Shown here in pieces: positions 1 to 12,811 of a stretch of 64,000 nt of DNA. The stretch spans positions 1,922,001-1,986,000 of the forward strand of contig NC_079240.1 in the NCBI RefSeq assembly GCF_027921745.1. The letters are read 5' to 3'. Position numbers and translations under genes: made by a program. Each line of letters starts with the position of its first letter. The first letter of the stretch is position 1. A model generated the notes under the pieces. It saw only the letters and a program-made list of their open reading frames with translations. It was not told where the DNA came from and did no database searches. This DNA is from Schizosaccharomyces osmophilus (lineage: Eukaryota).

Positions 1-455
1 AGAAAGTTTGTTTTACACTAGTTTGCAATACTTCAGCTTGTTCAAACTTGCTTTATCCCATTGTTAAGTCGAGTAGCGTAAGACAAGCCGTTGATTTTCA
101 AAGCTCGTATTCCACCACGTATTTCCTGGTCTATTCCTCTATTTTTTCTTTCATATACGTTGTAACAGTATTGAAAACCAATGCAAGGTGCATTCAGCTT
201 GTATGGTCCTAGAACAATGTAATGAACCAACTTTTGTTTCAGTCCTTTAGAAAATAAAAAAAGTAAAGAAGTAAAAACCAAAAGACAGTAGCAATATAAA
301 ATTCGAAATACTACTAAAAAAAGTATTGGCAAGCTGCCTATAAGTACCACTGCTTTTTCTCACCTTCCATTTTCCATTGACGAGTTGTCCTTGTAGTACT
401 TTAGCCATCCATATGTTCATGTACATAATTTAGTGCAATAAATAGTTTCATTCAA

Positions 456-1722
456 ATGCCAGTCTCAGAAGTTGCGAAGAGAGTTCTATCTATTCAAGTA
501 TGTCTTTGAACAGATTTTTAAACTAACAGCTCTTACCTAGTCTTCTGTCAGCCACGGCTATGTAGGTAATAGATCTGCTACGTTCCCCTTGCAATTGCAT
601 GAATGGGAAGTGGATGTTGTACCTACAGTTCACTTTTCTAACCATCTTGGTATGTTTGGTTCCAACAAGGGAAAATAACAATTTTCTTAGTATGAAGGTT
701 TTTTAAACAGAAAACGGAGTGAAATTTTCGATTTTATATAATTCACCTTCCAAATCATCCTAGTTTGTAGCTTGCTCCAAGTGATTTCTCTTGTCTAATG
801 TATATTTAGGCTATGGTAGTACAAGAGGTCGTGCATGCAAGCCATCGGAGGTTCTGGAGCTCCTGGAGGCTTTGTTAGAAAAAAATCATTTTGTCTACGA
901 TGCAATTTTGACAGGCTTCATCCCAAATCAACGGATCCTCCAAGTGGTTTCGAAGCTTCTAATTGAGTACCAAAGTCGACACCCACATGTGAAATGGATA
1001 GCAGATCCTGTCATGGGAGACCAAGGAGAAACTTATGTAGAGGAAGACGTTTTAAACACGTATAAAGATGTTTTATCACATGCCTTTTTGATAACGCCAA
1101 ACGCCTTTGAAGTCAAGTAAGTATTACAAAATGATGTGCTTTCCGACTCTTTTATTAACTGAATTTACATAGATTGTTGACAGATGTTTCTGTGGTGAAC
1201 AAAGCCACTGCATTATATGGACTAAAGCGTATTTATGAATTATACAAGGTTCCACAGGTAGTAATTACTTCGTTTGAAGACGCGGATAATTCAGATTTAC
1301 TATTTTCTATGGGATATTCCCTCAAAGAAAACACCTTTTACTCCTTTTTGTACTCGTATCCTTCACTTTCCGGAATATTTACAGGGACAGGAGACTTATT
1401 TTCAGGTTTAACGTTGGCCAAGTACGTGGATGAGGAATCTCGACAAAAAGATAAAACATCAAAGAATGAAAGGGAGAAAAATTCAAGTTTGGGGTTTTTC
1501 ACAGAAGTGATTGGGCAAGTTTTGACTTGTATGCGTTTTGTCCTTATAAGAACAAAAGAATATACACTTCAACAGCTGAAGCATGACAGTAGCATTGAAA
1601 AAAATCGGTTTTTACTTAGCAATGCCTGCGAACTTCGACTCGTCCAATCCAGGGATGATCTTATTTCGAAGAAAAATATCTATACACCTGAAGAGTGGAA
1701 TGGTTTGGAGCGAAACTTTTAA
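456..1722 (+). CDS. bud16: Pyridoxal/pyridoxine kinase (PdxK/Bud16 family), 4 exons: 456-497, 541-649, 810-1116, 1173-1722
   Basis: Spliced N-terminus [24 protein letters not shown], plus DPVMGD, ITPNAFE and FTGTGDLF motifs. Introns have GTATGT/GTAAGT donors, CTAAC-like branch sites and TAG acceptors, and all joins stay in frame. Confidence 0.92.
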
Positions 1723-2148
1723 GCTAAAACGTAACGATTGCTATTTAATTTTTTTGTTGATGAAAAGGAAAAAATGGAGATGAACGTCATCATCATCGTT
1801 CTAAGTTGGTTGTTCATGTCAGTCCAGTTTTTCTCCAGTTCTTCAGCTAAAGTTTGATATTTAGGACAACGCAATAAAAGCAATTGCTTTAATCGTTTAT
1901 ATTAGATTGTCGAATACTAGGCTTCGCTGCTTTATAGTGACTGTACTTTCGGTGGTACTTTATCTCTTGTATAATTCATATGCCTACTAGACGATTCACT
2001 GTAAGTATGCCAAATCTTGTCAGCAAAATACATAGTGGAACCTTTGATTAGTTTTACTTACAGAGTATCCAACATTAAAAAAAAAGTTACTAGTTTTTAA
2101 CGTATATTAGTCTCTCTATATGTCTAACGTTTTGACTCACCAACCAAG

Positions 2149-2230
2149 TCCCGGGTAGCTCAATCGGTTAGAGCGTCTGACTCTTACGAAGGTAATCAGA
2201 AGGTTGCGAGTTCGATTCTCGCCTTGGGAG
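2149..2230 (+). tRNA. tRNA-Lys(CTT) with an 8-nt intron (2187-2194)
   Basis: Acceptor stem TCCCGGG/CTTGGGA, anticodon stem TCTGA/TCAGA with CTT at 2183-2185, T-loop GTTCGATTC and a downstream T-run terminator. Confidence 0.95.
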
Positions 2231-3077
2231 TTCCTTTTTTTCCCTTTAGATGATAGAGACTAAAAGAATTAAAAACTAAACACGTTTACGACTTTGTGGA
2301 TGCGAAAGGGAAGCCGGTGCTTGAAAAATCCCAAGACACATTTTCGTTTCTGTCGAAAGCGTTTAGAAAGCTACTCTAGCTCAATGGTTCCTAGTCTTTG
2401 TAAGTGACGGTCTCGAAGACGAATGAATTTGTCAAAATGAGGATCTAACTCTTTATAAACTAATTCTTACTATCGGGTTTTACAGCGATCTTCCGAGTTG
2501 TTTGTTCTTTCCAATGATATGGTTATGTCAGCTATTCCTTACAAGTCAATAAGTCAATGGGATAAATGCCTAATAAAGGTTTTAGGAAAATACGTCGTCC
2601 AAATCCTGGAATAAACACACTTAATTTGGCAATTTCTCGTCAAGTACTTCATTTAATACTCTATATTTAGTTGATAACATCGTTGTAAAATATTCTTTGG
2701 GTGACAGAAAAGGTAGCATTCTCTTTAATATGATATATGATAGTTCGTTAATTAAGACCTAATAAAATGCCATTGTAAGACTAACTTTTTCTACTCTCTA
2801 AATTATGACTTAATGAATATAGTATTCTACCGAGTAAAACACTTTGTCCAGCCGACCTTTCCTTGCCATGTTGGTTCCCTACGATAGACAGATACATTCC
2901 TAACTTCCTCTTACCTTCGAGTCTATCCACTTCTTACTGGAACTTACAAAAGGGTTTTTTTTTTCTCTACAACGTCTCATGTAAAATTTCTTTTATACCG
3001 TACCAGATTACCTTAAACAATATACAAAATAAAACGAATATGCATAACCCGAATCTATGATTTTTGTTGGAAGCACC

Positions 3078-4161
3078 TTAATGTCTCTTCCGACGATGTC
3101 TCTTGCGTTGACCCACGTCTCCAACAATGTTTACCGGAGGAGAGTCCTCAGAAGGAGCGGGCTGTGATGATGAGTTTTTCTTCCTAACACTCAAAGGATT
3201 GGGACCCTTAGGGCCTTTACGCTTCTTCTTCTTTGGTTGCTCCTCTGCATTTTCAGAAGCTTCATTACCATCCTTTTTACCAGTTTCTTCCCCTTCGGAT
3301 TCACTAAGTGGTCTCTTGCCAGATAGAATTTGCTTTTCTTCTTTTGATAAACCCATCTGGGAAGATTCCTTGGCATGCTTTTCCAATATAGTAGCTCTGG
3401 AAGCAGGCTCTAGAACAACTACAGAGCGCTTCATATAAATAAGTGGTACTCCAGGTACAGAGCGAAGGAAATCACGAAGTTGAGTATTCTGAGTTGCAAC
3501 AACATATCGGTGTTTGTTTTTTCCGTTGACGCCGATACAGCTCTGCATGCATTCCAAAGGAGACTTTGCCTCATCGATATGACCACAACGTCTTCGTTCA
3601 AACGATTTGGCGATTTGAATTTCTTGCTTTGCTTCCTGGGATCGACTGTAAAGTTCGCGTATACAGCACTGAGTAATCACTAGACAGGGAGTTAGTAAGA
3701 ATAGAGATACTTTTTCAGCTCAACGGAAAGTTGAATAGTAGAGAAAGTATATACATAATATCTTTGTTCTGGGTATTTTCTATCTCTGTAGACCTGTACT
3801 ACAAGATGAATGCATCCTGTACCACAAAAAACTTTTCTCTTTTTCGAACTTTCCTACTAGTTCTACATACTTGGTTTAATATCTCCTTGCACTGTTCTCT
3901 TAATAGCAGCCTTGATGTCCATTTTCGATTTCGTCAAATCTGAGATAAAATCAGAATCAACTAGAGCATTCATTAGCTTTTTCATCTTTATAAGTATGAT
4001 TAGAAATAGATAATTCCTACATGCTACCACGGTTTTCTGGTAGCTATATAAAAATTAGAGAAAAATTGAATACCTAAAACTTGATATGGCTCACGAAAAC
4101 CGAAAGTAAGTTGATACGTATGCATCAACTTTCTGTAAGTCTTTGCGCGTTTTTGTCTCAT
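3078..4161 (-). CDS. utp23: rRNA-processing PIN-domain protein Utp23, 3 exons: 4161-4074, 3960-3871, 3679-3078
   Basis: MRQKRAKTYRKLMHTYQLTFGFREPYQVL start, ITQCCIRELY, RRCGH, YVVATQ and the C-terminal KGPKGPNPLS motif; canonical splice sites. Confidence 0.93.
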
Positions 4162-4781
4162 CTTTTCCAAAAACCGACAAAATTACTCGTCAACTGAGCA
4201 GGCTTAGATATCCGGTAATACTTTCAAATAGAAGAGCGTTTTAGCTCAATATTTTTTAAAGAGAAAGCAATATCAAAAGTACTTTCTTAAAAACTCGTGA
4301 ATCTGGCGGAATCCAATGTTTGGTAAACTGAGAGCCGGATGGGCAGAGAGTAGCTTCACATAGAAAAGTTTTCAAATTTGATACCCTCAACCAACCCTTC
4401 CTAAATTGAAAATTACAGGTTTTTTACCATCAAGTCTTGTTATTTGAAGTACAAAAGTCTAAAAAAGTTGAAAATTTTGAATCCTAACCGGTTATTTGAA
4501 AGAAGTTGTCAAAAGGGTACTAGTATTGTGATATTTCGAAACTTTTCCAAGTTTTGTCACCCTAATAAAGCATAGTTTAGTGAATTTTATTCAAACAATA
4601 TACAAATAGTTCTCAGCTACTTTGTGCATCCCAGAAAGCCCAATTCTGAAAGGAATTTAAAGATTGGGTATACGAAAGTTATAAAGTGCATTTCTTTAAT
4701 ATCTGCATTGTCTTTCAATAAGGAACAAAACAATTTGGTTGATTTACTCTTCTATTTCCTCATTCTAAAGACAAAAGCAAG

Positions 4782-6033
4782 ATGACAGAAGCATCATTAA
4801 AAACAGGTTCTTTTTACCATCCTTGCCAGTTCATTTCCTATCTTCCTAAAAAACAGTTACTCGTGTGCTGTTCTGGTCCGTACTTACTGGGTTTTTCTTT
4901 GGCTACTGGAGAAAAAAACTTTGAGTTTTGCTATCAAGATGACTTACAGCAGAAAAATAAAGAGGCAGCAGCTTATGGACAAGCATTTCGCCAAGCCGCA
5001 TTTTCAAAAGATGAATCTCGTCTGGTTGCTGTAAGCGAAGATAAATGTTTACGACTATGGGAGATCGATGAGGCCGCTAAAGTCCATTTGCGTTACGAAA
5101 AGACAATTCCTAAACGATGCGCAGATATGAAGTTTGACGATTCTGGTGACCTTATATTTGGTGACAAATTTGGTGATGTTTACCGCATAAATGAAGAGTG
5201 GTTCAAAAGTGCATCCTCAGAAAACCAAAAGGAAAAAAAGGAATCAAAATTAGAGCCTATTATGGGACATGTTTCAATTTTAACTCAACTTTGCCTTACA
5301 AATGACCCACATAAACCTGATCAAAAAATCATCGTCACATCTGACAGAGATGAGCATATTCGAATTTCTCGGTTTCCTTCAGCTTATATAATTGACGGTT
5401 TTTGCATGGGCCATGAAGAGTAAGTATTGTAAAACTTTCTTGGTCAATTGAAAATTAACACCATTTAGCTTTATCTCTCGTATATCATTATACGATAATT
5501 CTACTTTAATATCTGGCGGAGGTGATAACCATGTCTTTTTATGGGACTTAAAATCCTGTCAATGTTTGGATGCTTTTGACGTCCGCTCGGCTTTTGCCAA
5601 TTATTTATCTGTCGACAAGCCAATGGTGATTTCTTCCATAATCCCTATCCCTCCCAAAAATCTGATAGCTTTTGCATGTGAGGGTATCGCCGGCCTAGTT
5701 TTTGCAACCGTATCTTCTGAAAAACGTTTAACTTATCATTCCGCTATACCTCTTGCAGGACCCGTGCTTCATGCCATTTTCCTACAGAAGCCAAAGGAAC
5801 GCATCATTGCTTCTTTAGATTCAAGTGTTACATTCGGTCCATGCTTTCAGGAAATAGGCTTCACGGATGAAGGATCTATTCAGTGCGTGGAGAATCCCAT
5901 TTTAGACCGCATCGAAAAGCAAGGCTTAATAAAGACAGAGACGAGATTCTGCCCTTTGGCCCAGTTACACACTATGAGAAAAAATCATTCAAAGTTTTTA
6001 AAGTCGGATTCCACTCAACAACCTAAAGAGTGA
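4782..6033 (+). CDS. trm82: tRNA m7G46 methyltransferase WD40 subunit Trm82/WDR4, intron 5420-5468
   Basis: [30 protein letters not shown] and FCMGHE motifs; the intron joins ORFs 4782 and 5566 in frame. Confidence 0.92.
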
Positions 6034-6262
6034 ATTGATAGTACATAGTACATAGAACAATGGGAATCATATGGTTGGGATGTTTAATGTATTTAATAGA
6101 ATATAGCTAGGCAGAAGTTCAAACTTTCCTATTTGGGTAAAACCCTTACGCCAATTTTACAACTAAAGAAAACAATAGCTTGATACTACATTCAGATGAC
6201 TACAGCAAATCAAGTTTTGGAAAAAAGAAACCATCCTATTTATAGACTATCAAGGGAGGAGT

Positions 6263-7498
6263 TTAGTCAAAGAGACCGAGACCCATGTCCTCATCGGATT
6301 CCTCAGGCTCTTCAGCCTTTTGCTCAGCAGCGGGAGCCTCAGCGGGGGCAGCAGCGGGAGCAGCGGCGGCGAAAGCAGAGGGGTCAGCAAGGAAAGCCTT
6401 AGCCTAAAAAAATAAGTTAGTAAATGTTACAAATAAGGAATCATATAAAAGGTTCCAAAAGATTGGTACAACTTGATGTTTCAGCAAAAAATTAGAGTGT
6501 TTAACATGCGCTCACAGAAATAGCGAGTTATAAAGCCTCATCAATCAACATCAAGTGAACAGTACCATTTTTCTTGAATTCGAGGCATCAAAGGCTTAAA
6601 GTTACATTGCTTCATCTTACCTAAAAAGCAAGAAAAAAAACAGCAGCTAAAAACCAGTCGAAAACCCCTACAACGGGAAAAATGACTTTTGAAACCTACA
6701 TAAAATACATACCTGTTCAGTACCCTCGAAGGTATATTCGGTAGCCAAAGAGACACCGACCAAGTTCTTGTAAGAGTTGACAATGGAGTGCAAAGCAGAA
6801 ACAATGGTGGGGTAGTTGGCAGCCAAAGAGACGGAAGCAACAACCTTGGCGGCATTCAAAAGACGAGCAACGAGATCATCCTCAGAGACATCAAGAATGG
6901 CGGGGTTGAAGAGGTTACCTTGGTCGTAGACGTGAATAACATCCATACCATAGGTGAATGGGGAGATGTTCAACATGTTAAGCAAGACAGCTTCGGAAGG
7001 ACCGACCTTGTGATCCTTCTCGACCAAGTGGACATCACCAGTAATTTCGATGGTACCACGAGTAATCTTGGTAGGGATACCAAGGGCTTGGAAGAAAGAA
7101 GTCTTACCGGGTTCCATACCAGTGTTACCGGCAGGAAGGAAAACATCCAAAGGAGCAATAGCGTTGGGACGGGCAGGAGCGGCAACGACATTGGTAACGA
7201 TGGCTTGACGGACTTCCTTCAAATCACCGTTGGTGAAAACAAAACCAACATTACCACGAACGTTAGGCATAAGACGCTCGAGCTCCGGCAATTCACTGAT
7301 GAAACCGCGCATGGCACGACGGATCATAGTGTTCTTACCCATGATCAACTCAGCAGAACCACGCAAGTCCTTACGGACAGTGTGCATTTGTTGAGAAGAA
7401 ACATTGTCAATGTTAACAACAAAGACGGAGTGGTACTTTTGGAAGAGTTGGTGGAGCTTCTCGAAGTATTTAGTCTTGTATTCCTTGCCGACAACCAT
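6263..7498 (-). CDS. rpp0: 60S acidic ribosomal protein P0 (uL10), exons 7498-6713 and 6403-6263
   Basis: Typical P0 sequence ([32 protein letters not shown]). Exon 2 encodes the Ala-rich hinge and [13 protein letters not shown]. 309-nt intron, GTATGT..TACTAAC..TAG. Confidence 0.97.
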
Positions 7499-7580
7499 TT
7501 TTCGTGGTGTTTAATTTGTTTTGTTGGTTTATGAAGAAAAGGCAACTGCCAAATTTTTGTTGCTCCTGCTATAACAATTG

Positions 7581-7588
7581 TGTGACTG
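7581..7588 (-). promoter_or_regulatory. HomolD box (CAGTCACA) in the rpp0 promoter
   Basis: Exact TGTGACTG on the + strand ~85 bp upstream of the rpp0 ATG. HomolD is the known core element of fission-yeast ribosomal protein promoters. Confidence 0.8.
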
Positions 7589-7811
7589 TTTTCTGGGTAC
7601 TTCCCATTTCGCAGTCCATAGTTTCGTGTATTCTAGGAAGTCTGTTTGTGTATTGGAACGTAGTGCGTACCCATAATATACCGAATTGTAAATTCATTTT
7701 TCGTTGCTTTCGTTTGGTTGCGTAAACCGTTGTAGCACGCCGCATTGAGAAATACAATTCACGTTTGAGCGATTGACTAAATGCAACTTGGCATTTTCCA
7801 ACTTGGCAAAT

Positions 7812-9040
7812 ATGGCGGTTCAAGGTGTAAAAGGACTTGCTACAGACTACACGGATTGGCCGGCAGACGTATGCAAGTATTCCGCTGTGTTTGAAGACAT
7901 TCTGGTTGTAGGCACGTATATGTTGGATGAAACAACTAGATTACGACATGGAAAACTTGTTTTGTACGATACTCAAGAGAAGCAACTGTAAGGAAAAAAG
8001 TATTTTCATTCGTAAGAATGCTAATGATCCCAGAAATCGAATCTTTGTTATGCACTGCGATGCTATTCTAGATTTCAAATGGTAAGTGTCTATATAATGC
8101 GCGCTGGTAGAGTGCTACGCTATCGTCTGATTGAAAATTTTTTTTGCTGAAGAGGTTTTGAACCGTTTTACGGTTTGCTAGATGGTAGCTGTTGTGTTCA
8201 CAGTTTAGTGCACGGTTGCGTTTTATTCGTTTTCTTGTCTTTGATTGTCTAACATCGAATTCGAATAGGTCTCCTCGTGATCCCTCTATTCTAGCAGTCG
8301 CCCATTCTACTGGTCATATTTCGTTTTATCGCCATCAATTCCGTGCGGAACTTATGTTTTTACGAGGAATTAGGTTAGCTGATTCTAGTGTGCTTATACT
8401 TGCTTTGGATTTTTCAGATGATGGCAAAGACCTCTCCGTTTCACTCTCCAACGGTGCTGTTATTACTATTGACATCATATCCGGAGTCATAAAAAATACG
8501 TGGAAGGAGCACCAATATGAAGCTTGGACTGTTCATTATTCTCGCGACGACAACAACCTACTGTATTCTGGTGGAGATGATGCAGTATTAAACTGCTACG
8601 ATCAAAGAATTCCTTCTTCTTGTGTGTGGAAGGATATCAAATCGCATCAGTCAGGAGTTGTCTCTGTCCTTTCTCGTCCCACCTTTGGTTCGTATATAGC
8701 CACTGGCGAGTATGGAGATCTTATGCACACGTTAGATACAAGACGCATTGGTCGACCTGTTGCTGATGCCAATCTTGGCGGTGGTGTCTGGCGACTAGAG
8801 CACATGTATTCCAACGACGATTATCATCAAGTTTTAGGTGTCTTGATGCACCGTGGTGCCCAAATTCTTCGTATCGCTAATGACTTTTCCTCCATCGATG
8901 CCAGTAGCGGCGTTTTTCATGATCACCAGAGCATGTGTTATGGAGGTGATTGGCGACGTAAGGATAGCTTGATTGCTACTTGCTCTTTTTATGATAAACG
9001 TGTTTGTCTTTGGGAAGATGCAAATCACCCCTTGGATTGA
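7812..9040 (+). CDS. dph7: Diphthine methylesterase WD40 protein Dph7/Rrt2, exons 7812-7987, 8034-8081, 8269-9040
   Basis: LVVGTYML, DAILDFKW, HQYEAW, SGGDD, GGGVWRL, HQSMCYGGDW and TCSFYDK motifs; in-frame splice model. Confidence 0.88.
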
Positions 9041-9628
9041 GGAGAGTTGAAAATCCGCTCTTTGCTGCATTTAATTTATTTTGTTTGGACCTTTGCTTTT
9101 CTATATGAAAATATATATTGCTCCAGCCTGTTTGATACCACAAAAAAAAAAAAAAAAAAAAAAAAAGTTAGAAATTCGTTTTGTGTTAACCGTTTGTTCC
9201 ATCTGTTTCCCCACCAGGATCATGTATTAAAATAAGCTGTTGATTGTGCTTGTGATGTTATATACCCTTATGATTGTTTAATTCATCCAATTTCTGTCAG
9301 TCGCTTTTGTTTCGTTAACCAGTACTTTCGTTTTACCAACAACAAACAAGATTTATTCCCTCCATAGTTGATTTTTGTTTCGTTTTGTTTTGTTTACTAT
9401 AATTGAAGTCGTTATTCATACAAAATCTATGTCTGATTTTTCAAGAACTTGCATATTCATTACAGGCGCAAATTGTAATTAGCGTTAAATTAAAAATAAA
9501 AATAAGTGAATTCAGGATATCTAAAGTATGGATTTCTTGTAAATATTATTTTATAGTGACTCTTTCGTTGCATATTATTCCATTTAAAAATCACAAAGTT
9601 TCAGAAGAGTACGTATATAGCATGGCTT

Positions 9629-10120
9629 TCAGCTCTTAAAAAAGCCATCCTCTTTATAGTGAGCATAATTAGGACGCTCAAGACTGTTTAATGCCACTTG
9701 AATGTCTATTTGGATATCTTCAATTAATTTTTGTACCCCTTCATAATTCAGCTCGGGACGGATATATCCCAAAACAATCACTCGGATCTGTTGATCGTAG
9801 AAATCCGACCCTTTTCTGTTTATTAGATGAACCTCTGCACTCCTTAAGGTGTTGTTGTAGTATGGGTTCCATCCAACACTCATAACCATTGGGAAGATCT
9901 GTTGGGATATCTTAGCGAATCCATAGTAGACACCTGAATCTTTATGTTTTAAGAGCTCTTGAATTGAATCTTCGGATACGTTTGCAGTAGGGATCCCTAG
10001 ATCTTTGGATCCTCTGCCAAATCCACGAACAACCTTCCCTTCAAAACGAATTGGATAGGGAGCTTCAACTTTATCACTTCCAACAACTTTTGGCCGTTGA
10101 TTCTCTAATTTAGCCGTCAT
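9629..10120 (-). CDS. fmn1: Riboflavin kinase
   Basis: [30 protein letters not shown] and LGYIRPE motifs. Confidence 0.96.
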   Translation of the reverse strand: MTAKLENQRPKVVGSDKVEAPYPIRFEGKVVRGFGRGSKDLGIPTANVSEDSIQELLKHKDSGVYYGFAKISQQIFPMVMSVGWNPYYNNTLRSAEVHLINRKGSDFYDQQIRVIVLGYIRPELNYEGVQKLIEDIQIDIQVALNSLERPNYAHYKEDGFFKS

Positions 10121-10708
10121 ATCTAAGTCAGTTTATCACGCTTTGTCAAAAGCCTGAATTCCCTTCAGTTTAGTGCAGTTTTGTTGTTCAACTAACCTAC
10201 GCCGAAGATTGAAACTATGATGGTTGAAAAAATTTACTTCTTTTTTTGAATCTTTATTTCATTATATATATATAAAAAAAAAAAAAAAAAGGCAAAGCTC
10301 ATAAATAGTTCACATGTCTATAGTACGTTGATATAATTTGGGTGAATATAGACTAGGCTGAAATAAAATATTCATAAACTAAAACTTTTCGTTTTCATAC
10401 TCTTTAAACAACAACAAAAAGATCCTGATAGTTCCACAGGATTAGGTCTACTAGTCTTTGCTAAGGATAGACGTAACAAGCAAAGACGGTTTATTAACTC
10501 GAAAAGCTTCTTTCTGTCCAAGCATCAATATATATGCGGATGCGAATGCAAAACAATATCAATCATCTCGTCTAAATAGACTGGGTACATTGGCAAATAT
10601 AAATCAACAATCCCAAAAGTCGACTTTATAATCAGATTAAGGATTGTTCGCAACATTGCCCTTTTTTAGTGAAATATTTTGAAATATTTTTTTATTGTAT
10701 CTCGAATA

Positions 10709-12175
10709 TTAGGCTGTTTTCGTAGCAACTTTTAAAGTAACTGAAGGACCAGCAAACGCGCCTCGTTGAAGACGCTTTTGGATTTCATCCTGATACCTTC
10801 CTAATGGCAAGTCCTTTCCTTCATTCGAAGATTCCCACAAAGCTTGCAAAACCTTGTAGCGAAGAACACAAGTTTCATGGTCTCCATCGGTTGCCAATAA
10901 ATATTTGATGGCAAAAGCCTGGGAAGCCAAGTGAATGGGCGATCTTTGTGCGATATGCAGTAGACATTGAAAACCTAATTGGCGGGTCCGACGAAGAGGA
11001 GAAGACGAAGTCTTTATGATACTTGATAAACTATCGCCGGGAAGGGTCTTCCAAAGCTTGGTCCATAAATCTGTATTTGGTTGGTCTAAGGCCAAAGCCA
11101 AAGAGGTAAGGCCGGTATCATCTATCAGAAACCTAGACAGCAGTGAACGAGGAATGTATCCTTCAGATGATTCCGCTTCGTAATTCTGGACTAAGAGAGA
11201 GGTAATTGTCTCACTAGTTAAGAAATGGCCATATAAAAGAACGGAAGTTGTATCCTTTATGTCAATTCTTTTACGAACGACATTGACTAGGTCATAATTT
11301 TCATTAATTGCTTGATATGCATCAGGGTACTTTCGGCAGAGTACCGGGAGAAAGGTGAGACCAATGTGATCTGTAAAAGAACTTATTTCTTTTTTAAAAC
11401 ATCTAACAACTTGGTCTAATAATCCAGACTCACTCGTTGAAACGTACGTAAACGTAAACGGAGTTTCCAACATTATATTTAAAACATCAACATAACAAAG
11501 TCGTAAAAAAACATCGTTAGTTTTTTCAAAATCAAATGCAAATAGTCCTTTCTTTACTACTTTATTCATATACTCTGGGGATTTGATTGCAAGTTTCGCG
11601 AAAAGCATTAACCAGCGAACTTTTAAAGTGGTATCCAAAATCTCATAGTCCATATCTGTAAACTCTTGTAATATTTGTTCAAAGTAAGCAGGGTAATCAG
11701 ACATGTCCAAAAGAAGCTGAAACGCTTCTTCAGAAACTTCAATACTCTCAGAATTCAAGCACGTGAGGATCAATTCAAAAGTATTCTCCGAAATATCATT
11801 TTCTTTCCAATTCGCTCTTCGAATCAACTTGAAACAAAATAGTTGTACTTCCGGGGAAGGGTTTTGGAAACCTGTTGCCAAATATGCTTCAATGCCAAAA
11901 TGCTTCAAATCACTCCAACTCATCGGCTCTATTAACTTTTCGAGTGCTTTAACAATAGGTTCATCTGAGAACGGCAATTCAAAGCATCCTAGTAACGTTT
12001 CTAAAAGGCCAAGACAAGCCGGACGATTCTCTTCCGTAATAGAATCGCGGAAAGCGTAGATAGCTCTAGGTATTTCCCTTATTATTGCAGCAGGATCTAA
12101 AATAATGTCTTTCAGCAGTCTCAATAGATGCCTTCCTTCTTCAGGAAGACCAGGAATAAGTTTTAAATCTTCCAT
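10709..12175 (-). CDS. ARM/HEAT-repeat protein, probably a proteasome 19S assembly chaperone (Hsm3/S5b-like)
   Basis: Long helical, Leu-rich ORF with its first ATG at 12175 (MEDLKLIPG). The function comes from recalled synteny with S. pombe SPCC18.17c, not from a motif. Confidence 0.65.
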   Translation of the reverse strand: MEDLKLIPGLPEEGRHLLRLLKDIILDPAAIIREIPRAIYAFRDSITEENRPACLGLLETLLGCFELPFSDEPIVKALEKLIEPMSWSDLKHFGIEAYLATGFQNPSPEVQLFCFKLIRRANWKENDISENTFELILTCLNSESIEVSEEAFQLLLDMSDYPAYFEQILQEFTDMDYEILDTTLKVRWLMLFAKLAIKSPEYMNKVVKKGLFAFDFEKTNDVFLRLCYVDVLNIMLETPFTFTYVSTSESGLLDQVVRCFKKEISSFTDHIGLTFLPVLCRKYPDAYQAINENYDLVNVVRKRIDIKDTTSVLLYGHFLTSETITSLLVQNYEAESSEGYIPRSLLSRFLIDDTGLTSLALALDQPNTDLWTKLWKTLPGDSLSSIIKTSSSPLRRTRQLGFQCLLHIAQRSPIHLASQAFAIKYLLATDGDHETCVLRYKVLQALWESSNEGKDLPLGRYQDEIQKRLQRGAFAGPSVTLKVATKTA

Positions 12176-12811
12176 GGATTTGGTGTCTTGGTGAATGGCA
12201 ATGTGCAAAGTCTTTGTGCTACTCGCTTCGCTGTGCTTATATTTCGCCGCCAAGAGTCAGTCTAAAAGAGTAAGAATGTACAGTCTTTTAGTTTCAGTTC
12301 TTTTGGTATCGAATTTTTGCCATACAGACAAATTGTCTATACTCTCGAATCTGGTGATCAAGCTTCCTTGCCTGTCGATTCAATTTCTAGTAGTCGACAG
12401 AATGAATTATTTTGAAAGTGTATACTATTTATTTCTATTAAATTTTTGAAATACCTTACTTCTCATAGTTTGCTTTATGACAAATAGAATTTGTACGTCC
12501 TCACAGAAGGGCACACTTATACAAGGGGATTGAAGTATCAAAAAGAACTTTTGAGTTTATTGCTAAATTATTTGCAACAATACATGTTGAAACCTCTACG
12601 ACTCCTAGAGTAAAACATTAGAAGTAGCGTGGAACATAAAAAAATTTAGAGTACCTATACGTAGTGAGAAGGGATGTTGTAAATAGGACTAGCCATCATT
12701 GACAAGAACAAAGTAAATGTTATGCAGCAATAAATTCACTCTGGTTGGCATAGACTTAAAAAATTTTAAACAATGGCCTATAGAAGGCTATGCTAGCAAA
12801 CAAAGCATTGT

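Noticed and set aside
42..350. 102-aa minus-strand ORF at the window start
   Set aside because: GTG start, no motif, AT-driven hydrophobicity; I cannot support it as a gene.
6788..7534. 248-aa ORF antisense to rpp0 (and similar ORFs antisense to fum1 and mpg1)
   Set aside because: Shadow ORFs caused by the strong codon bias of highly expressed genes; no motifs.
9142..9166. Long poly(A) tract (others near 10273, 14356, 14515 and 17169)
   Set aside because: No target-site duplication or retro-sequence alongside; typical intergenic or intronic homopolymers.
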